A DNA stretch of 59,746 nt from Octopus bimaculoides (lineage: Eukaryota): the NCBI RefSeq assembly GCF_001194135.2, contig NC_068989.1:85400606-85460351 (forward strand). Reading direction: 5' to 3'. The translations under genes and the position numbers were made by a program. Below are positions 51,948 through 59,746 of this stretch, piece after piece; position 1 is the stretch's first letter, and every line of letters begins with the position of its first letter. The notes below the pieces were generated by a model that saw only the letters and a program-made list of their open reading frames with translations, searched no databases and was not told the DNA's origin.

Positions 51948-54900
51948 ACACACACACACACAAGGATATTAAAAGGGGTCCATGGGAAAACTCATTTAAA
52001 TAAAAGAGGTCCTTGGCTGGGAGCCACTGATGTAGAATGATGTGTGTGTGTGTGTGTATATGTTAGACTAATACTAATAGCTACCAACCACTCTTATGTG
52101 ACAAGTTAGAACTGACAATCATTGCTACTTTATGATGCATTAGACTTGATGATTGTCTCTATTATACAACATGTTAGATCATATTGTCCATCTCCACAGT
52201 GACCATTCTCCTCCTCTTCTTTAGCATTATCACCATTTCCTCCATGCCTGCCATTTCACGATTGTTTGTCTCCTGACAGTCTGTCAGGGCTGAGTTAGCC
52301 AAAGAGGAGAAGACTTGGACCCACTTACCCACCTCTCCCAGCGGAGAAAGTCTCTGAACACTGATGGCTATCAGAAGAGGAAAATAAAGAAAACAGCAAC
52401 ATTTAAGAGCAGAATTTTGGCACAAAGCAAGCAAAAAGCACAGAATAGATTAACAGTTATTTATGATGATAAAGATGATGATGATGACAATGGCAATGAA
52501 GATGATAGTCTTATGGCTTTAACCAGTCATACAGTCAGAAGTAACACTGTGGTCAGTAATGAGTGAGGAGGTGAGAGATGGAGACTTCTTTGGGGGGATT
52601 TGTAAACAGTGTTTTGAGGACCATCCTGTGGAGGGCTGCAAGCTCAGGAATGAAATAAGGGGAAAACTTCTGAAGGCTTTGCATCATCAGGAAAGGCCAA
52701 CATGTTGATGATGGAATTGTGAAAGGGAGAACCCAGAATCCACCACATCTATATTTACTGCTAAAAAGGGGGGAAATGTCGAGACCATATCATAGGCACT
52801 TACTACACCTACTACACCTAAGACAGCAAGTAGTCTAGACTATACTGTGGACAATCACCATACTGCAAAGAGTGAAGGGATGGTCTGGATGTTATGGTGG
52901 ACTTCCACAACACCTACTGCTGGTGCAGAAAGGGTTTGGGTCACACTATAGACACTCATCACGTCTGCTACCAAGAGACAGAGGTATCTAGACCAGGCTA
53001 TATCTACCACACTTAGGAGGAAATAGGAGATGCCTAAACCAAGCCTTGATTCACCACATACACATCTTCGCAACTAACATTAACACCGCCCCCCCGCACA
53101 TACGCACACGCACGCACACACCTAGGAAGGTTGTGAGGCATCAGCAAAAGAGCCAAGGTTCATCACTAGGGGAAGGGTGAGGAAGAAGCTAAAGTTCATA
53201 CAACCATGTTATATTGTTATGATGATGACAATGATCAAAATGATGGCGATGGTAGCAGTTGTGACGATGATGATGACAAATGTATATAAATTATGTAAAA
53301 GTAAGGAGGGGAAAAAAGTAAAGATTGCACAGAAAATTCTACCAAATATGACCAGAGTTGCATCACATGTGGATAATATAAATAAACAGGTAGGGGAGGG
53401 AGGGANNNNNNNNNNNNNNNNNNNNNNNNNNNNNNNNNNNNNNNNNNNNNNNNNNNNNNNNNNNNNNNNNNNNNNNNNNNNNNNNNNNNNNNNNNNNNNN
53501 NNNNNNNNNNNNNNNNNNNNNNNNNNNNNNNNNNNNNNNNNNNNNNNNNNNNNNNNNNNNNNNNNNNNNNNNNNNNNNNNNNNNNNNNNNNNNNNNNNNN
53601 NNNNNNNNNNNNNNNNNNNNNNNNNNNNNNNNNNNNNNNNNNNNNNNNNNNNNNNNNNNNNNNNNNNNNNNNNNNNNNNNNNNNNNNNNNNNNNNNNNNN
53701 NNNNNNNNNNNNNNNNNNNNNNNNNNNNNNNNNNNNNNNNNNNNNNNNNNNNNNNNNNNNNNNNNNNNNNNNNNNNNNNNNNNNNNNNNNNNNNNNNNNN
53801 NNNNNNNNNNNNNNNNNNNNNNNNNNNNNNNNNNNNNNNNNNNNNNNNNNNNNNNNNNNNNNNNNNNNNNNNNNNNNNNNNNNNNNNNNNNNNNNNNNNN
53901 NNNNNNNNNNNNNNNNNNNNNNNNNNNNNNNNNNNNNNNNNNNNNNNNNNNNNNNNNNNTTTTTTTTTTTTTTTTTTTTTTTTCTTATTTCATTTCACCA
54001 TTTTATAATATTGCACATCTTGAAACACTTAGAATCCATATATAAATCACCCTCCACCCCACAAAAAAAAAATCCACGTTTCTCAAATATCTTAACTCCA
54101 CTTCATTGTATCTTTCAGTAATTTTCCAGTATTAATGTTTGTAACACATATGACTTTATTATTCTTAGGTGGGGTGGGGGATTATCCAAAATTTAATTTT
54201 TTTAATATCTTTCTGACTCCACCACCAACCATTTTTTGTTTATTTTTATTTCTGTTGCTTCAACCCCCACCCCCACCCCACTATTGCCATCCTGTAAAAA
54301 CTTCTACACACCACAAAAAATTAATTCAACTTATTGAGCTGCTCGTGGTTTTTTGAGCTGCTAAAAATAACAACTGAACCATATTACATATGTTTATTAA
54401 ATTTTTTTTTCAACCCATCACATTGTGTTTGTGTCAAACGGCTAACAACTCATGACAGCGTTGCCTTTTTTCATTAAAACAGTTTGACTTACAGACTAGA
54501 AAATAATGCCCCCACAACCACCACCATCACCACCACTCCCAAGGAAAGAAATATTCACTTAGAAAATGTACAGATAAAGACAAATAGAAATCTATGTAAT
54601 TCCTATCAAATTGAATTTTGCGGGTATTATCTTTTCAATTCCCAAGCAAAACAAAACTTCATTAGCCTTCATTTCAAGATGCAAGGATACTATTGGTCAG
54701 CTGTTATCCTTTAGTTTAGGATATCAATATTTCTCAACAGCCAGGTAACAAGCAGCGAGAATCATTAGCACGCCAGGCAAAATGCTTCGTGGCATTTCAT
54801 CTTTATATTCTGAGTACAAATTCTGCCAACGTTGACTTTGCGTTTCAACCTCTTGGAGGCAATAAAATAAGTAGCAGTTGAGCAAAGGAGCTGATGTAGA

Positions 54901-56369
54901 CTTACTCCCTATCCCAAACTTGCTGGTCTGGTACCAAAACTTGAAACCAATATTTCTCAACAAGAAATATTCAGTTAGTTGGAAAAATATATAGAGAAAA
55001 AAAAAATGAAATAGAAACATAGTGTTTTAGTTGGAAAAGATGTTGTGACAAACTGTTGCTATGATAGAAGGAGGGAAAAGCAAAAGAATGTCCTGTTATA
55101 CTTTCTCTTTCAATTAAAAATATTTTTTCTACATTTCAAACTGAAATTATCCTCCTAAAAAAATACTTCTTTGAAAATTCCAGCAGCTTAATAAATTCAT
55201 TTTGTGTTGCATGAAGTTAGGAAAAATTGAACAACGTGGATTTAAAAAAAAAATTTTTTTTTAAATGAAGAAAATAAATTATAAGTGTTTCAGAATGTGT
55301 AATATTATAAAATTATGAAAAATACAGGGGGAAAAAAATTAATTCTATCTGTGACATTCCAAAGGCATCATAAAGCAGGGAGAGAGTGTTAAGAAGTTTG
55401 AATTCACAATTTTTAAAAAAATTGCAAAAAATCCTTGTTTTCCAAAGTTTTAGGATGTGGGATAATATAAAAATGATGAAAAATATTGCAAGAAAAAAAA
55501 AAAGGAATTCCACTTTATTTTTGACAGCTATCCCTGATGTCTGCCTTCAATGGGATTTGAACCGAGAACATAAGAAATCGGAACAAATACCCAAATACAT
55601 TTTGTTCGATAGAACAGTTTTACTATACATTAATGATAATACTGATTTAGACACAAGGCCTCTATCTGGGTTAGGATCAATTATATCACCCTTAGTATTT
55701 GACTTTATCAACCCTTATCCCCAGGAAGAAAGATAAAGTTGACCTCAGCAGAATTTGAACACATAATGTAAATAATAATCTATAAACATTATCCTGTTCA
55801 TTCGTGTACCTGAGTATTATGCTTTAAACAACCTAAACTATGATCAAAAGAATTAAATGATGCTATAAAGATCTATAAATTTATACACCATAATAGAAAT
55901 AATACATAAAACATGGTATTGTCATAAGCCACACTGGTAGTAATTATAATAATTGTTTACATAATAACATATTAACATAATATTACCCAAGAACAACATT
56001 TTGAATTGGAGAAGAAGGGGGTTGATGTTTAAACCTTTTGAACGTGTTTCTATTCAAGTGATGCTACAATGGTCATATTTAGTGGAGAAGAATATATATA
56101 TATAAAACATACAAACAAAACGAAAAAAAAGCAAAGCATGTTGTTAGCATATATAGAGAGCAACAAATAAAAACAAAATTATATTTTAAAAATACACAAA
56201 GAAACAACAAAAAAGCTTAGTTCCACTGTATACACACACACAAAAAAAAAACACATACTAGCACAAACATGCTACATCAAAGATAATATAGTTAGCATTG
56301 ATATTAGGTTTCGTATATAGTAATTAAATAGTGCTGCTTCTTGTGGCATGTTTGTGTGTTATATATACA

Positions 56370-56693
56370 TATGTATATGATGGATTTTCCAGTTGTTAGA
56401 TGACATGAGGGGGTTTGACCATTTCTTATCGAACAACCACGCAGATGATTTGTTTATAGTGATCAAAGGTTTGTGTACACATACGCTCACTCCCTCCATC
56501 AAATCGACATTACCTGTACAGGTGCAACGGGTGCCACATGTCAGATGAAGAAATGATTGCGGAGCAATGTGAAATGAAGTGCTTTGCTCAAGAGCACAAT
56601 TCAACACCCAGTTTGGGAATCGAACCCATGATCTCACAATCAAGAGTGCAACACCTTAACCACTGAGCCATGCGCCTTCATATGTATATGTAC

Positions 56694-56724
<31 letters not shown>

Positions 56725-57300
56725 GAGCCCTAGAATTCATAAGGTTGGTTACGCAGTTTCTAAGGCATAGAAGTGACGGAGATCGCAACATTCTCACTGA
56801 ACAGGACACTGGTCTGTTCCAAGGTTCAAGACCAACAATTTTATGAGGAAGGGATAAACTGATTACATTGGCTCCAATGCTTATCTGGTACTTTATTTTA
56901 CTGACCCCCAAAGGGCTATGAAAGGCAAAGCTGGTCTCAGCAGAATTTGAACTCAGAAAGCAAAAAACTGAAAGAAATGCCACTAGGTATTTTGTCCAAC
57001 GTGCTAACAATTTCGCCAGTTCATCACTTTATGTTTTATATTACACATACATATAAGTGAGGATGCATGACGGTCTAGTTATGGTGTTGCGCACATGAAC
57101 ACGATTTCAGTTCCTAGATCAGGCAGTGCATTGTATTCTTGAGCAAAACACTTCATCTCACATTGCTCTGCAATTACTTCAACACCTGACACATGGTACA
57201 CACAGTGCACCTGTTCAGGTAACGTCAATTTGAAGGAGGAGAGTGGACTAATGTGTGACAAACATTCGATCACTATAAACAAATCATTTGTGCAGATCAT
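56370..57300. mobile_element. Inverted pair of related SINEs: 56370-56680(-) and 57058-57300(+)
   Basis: Shared segments cttgagcaaa.cacttcat.tcacattgctc, cacctgtacaggtaa.gtc.atttga and gatcactataaacaaatcat in opposite orientation. Confidence 0.7.
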
Positions 57301-57928
57301 TCAGTAAAAAGCTGAACATTCACTCATCATCTTCAACGAGAGAGTCCATCACATATATGTTACATGTAAGTTCATTTCACAATCATAATGTGCTGCATAT
57401 AACATTTTGGAAATGCTTCTTTTACCACAGTCTTGGGTTGACCCAAGTCTTGTGAGTGAAACTGGGAAAATGGAAATTATATGGAAGCCCACTTGATGGA
57501 TTGTGCTTCAAAATTCAAAGGGTCAGTCTTGACACACACTGTGTGGAACTGATTCTACCTGAAGATTTAATGGTACATCTACCCATGAAATACTCAACCA
57601 CTTGCACTACAAATAAAGGAATAAGCTGTTCAGTCTATTGAGCACCTGCAATATTTATAAGCAAAACTGACGAAAAGAACCATTTATTGCAGTTCTCCAA
57701 TAAACTGAACTCCCTATTATTTACACACACACACACACCCTTTCAGTTCGTTCACGGGAAACATTTTTGAATATGCATATGACAGCTCCTATTTCATTAT
57801 GCCCGCTACAGCTTAATGATACCAACTGGCAATAGCAGTTTTTTGGGGTTGCACTGAGCTGCACTGATATAATGTCGGATAAATATATTAATAATAATAA
57901 TAATAATAATATTCCATAGATGAAATTT

Positions 57929-58022
57929 ATAAATATTTTAATGCATCGCTACACACGTTTCCTTAAATTGCACCTATAAATATTTTAATGCACCGCTACA
58001 CACGTTTCCTTAAGTTGCACCC
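57929..58022. repeat. 47-bp direct tandem duplication
   Basis: ataaatattttaatgca(t/c)cgctacacacgtttccttaa(a/g)ttgcacc(t/c), two copies. Confidence 0.9.
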
Positions 58023-58087
58023 ATAATGATGATGATTATTATTATTATTACTACGACATACATTGTTGGTGTCATAATTTTATAATT

Positions 58088-58272
58088 CTTTTTTGGGACA
58101 GTGGATCTCAAAGCACATAAAGCTATAAAAAATAGAACGTGAATATTGTGTTGAAATATTCCATGAGCAGCCTCCGATTTTTTTCTATACAAAAGGGGTT
58201 TTTTAACTAAATATTTACATGTTACTATTTATAGCTTTATGTCCTTCGAGATCCAGCATTCCCAAAAAGTGT
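58088..58272. mobile_element. MITE with ~45-bp imperfect terminal inverted repeats
   Basis: tttttgggacagtggatctcaaagcacataaagctataaa vs tttatagctttatgtccttcgagatccagcattcccaaaaa. Confidence 0.7.
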
Positions 58273-59220
58273 ATATGTATATGTGTGTGTGTGTATATAT
58301 ATATATATAAATATATATATTTGTATATGTATTATCTATTGTGTTATTAGCCTACCATACAAACTACAGTAACGAAATATTTAAAACAATTAGCAAGTAG
58401 AATAACAACAGCAACAACAATTACAAGAGTCTTTTTATTTATATGAAAACCAAAAAAAAAAATAATAAATAAATTAGTGTGAAAAGAGAAAAAGAAAGAA
58501 AGCAATGTAGGATATTAATGAGAGAGGAAGAGGGGAAAGAGATAAGAACAATGTACATTTATAGTAAAAGTTAAAAGATGAAGATATGTGATTCAACATT
58601 GAAGAGGGAAGGGGAAGGGAGATAATAGCAAGAAGATGGCATATAGTGGGAAAACAAAGGATTAGATTTATTATTAATGGAAAACAAGAGCTAAATGATG
58701 ATTGATGAGAGAGAGATAAGGGTAGGTACTGCGTTTGTGTGAAGAGAGAGAAGGAGAGAGAACATGTACATGAATAGCAATGGGAGTTTGTTTACACCAA
58801 CTGGTTTGTGTGTATGTGTGTGTGTATGTGTGTGTATACATGCATACAGAAATGATTTGGTGTAACCAGAGATCACACTATGATATATTTATATACATAT
58901 GTACACACACTCACATAGATACATCACAAGACACACTCATGCATGCACACAAACACCATGAGACACACATACATACACATACCTGGCATTGTTAGACACA
59001 ATCTACACACCTACACAACTATGTGTGGATGTATGTATACACACACACACACATACACACGGACAAACGTCACTCTGCATATAATTACCACACACACACA
59101 TTGCTATACATATATTATCAACACACATAAACACATACAGCTACAGAAATTGACAAATCATAAGAATCAAATCCATTAACAGTTGACAGCTGTTTTACTA
59201 TTTTTCTATAGTGATAGCTC

Positions 59221-59221
<1 letters not shown>

Positions 59222-59303
<82 letters not shown>

Positions 59304-59323
59304 CTACAGATTCATGCTTAGAT

Positions 59324-59372
<49 letters not shown>
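59222..59372. repeat. Long (CA)n microsatellites
   Basis: Read directly. Confidence 0.95.
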
Positions 59373-59373
<1 letters not shown>

Positions 59374-59746
59374 GTGCATAACGATACAATGATAAACAGA
59401 GTGACAGACCCGTATGTAGAGAAATACTAAGAGGAACAGCCAAACGAAATATATACACAAGCACATATTGATACAGAGGGTGTGTATATGTATCACAATG
59501 TAAGCGTTGTAAAATATATACCAGTAAAAGTTATATACATGGCATAAACATTAGCCAATACAGAACTCAATATTTGAAATAGAGTAGAAAGAGATGTTTT
59601 ATAGCTTTAATATGATATAATAGATACACGCATAATACAAAGATGGTATGTATACCAAATAAAGATGGTACAGACACACTTATAACACTAAGTGATATAC
59701 ATACACAGATATCTATATATATATATATATATCTATCTATATATAT

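Noticed and set aside
47153-59746. LRRFIP start exon (expected ...AEDxAL..IAxE|gt)
   Set aside because: No matching minus-strand exon found; it is probably beyond the window end or in the 53406-53960 gap.

Overview
Eukaryotic draft-scaffold DNA with about 11 N-gaps. It is AT-rich, CpG-poor and dense in microsatellites and SINEs; the repeat landscape suggests an octopus/cephalopod genome (inference). The only well-supported gene is a minus-strand LRRFIP-family gene (leucine-rich repeat flightless-interacting protein). I resolved five in-frame, phase-0, GT-AG coding exons: 47152-47066, 38414-38343, 34384-34214, 31615-31523 and a 2.3-kb acidic terminal exon 30254-27933 (914 aa in total). The start exon was not found and probably lies beyond the window end. 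The rest is mostly transposon debris: tRNA-derived SINEs of several families, RTE-type LINE fragments, mariner, Tc1 and maT fragments, hAT- and piggyBac-like MITEs, several long fold-back palindromes and degenerate ~30-bp minisatellites. Best leads: a 1.6-kb Tc1 fold-back element, a FFAT-like motif in the LRRFIP acidic tail, a possible two-exon 40-aa Kunitz-patterned sORF convergent with LRRFIP, a candidate 39-nt cassette exon and an intronic array of splice-donor-like motifs. I found no convincing evidence of a wholly new multi-gene system. All identities and family names come from reading by eye, not from database searches.
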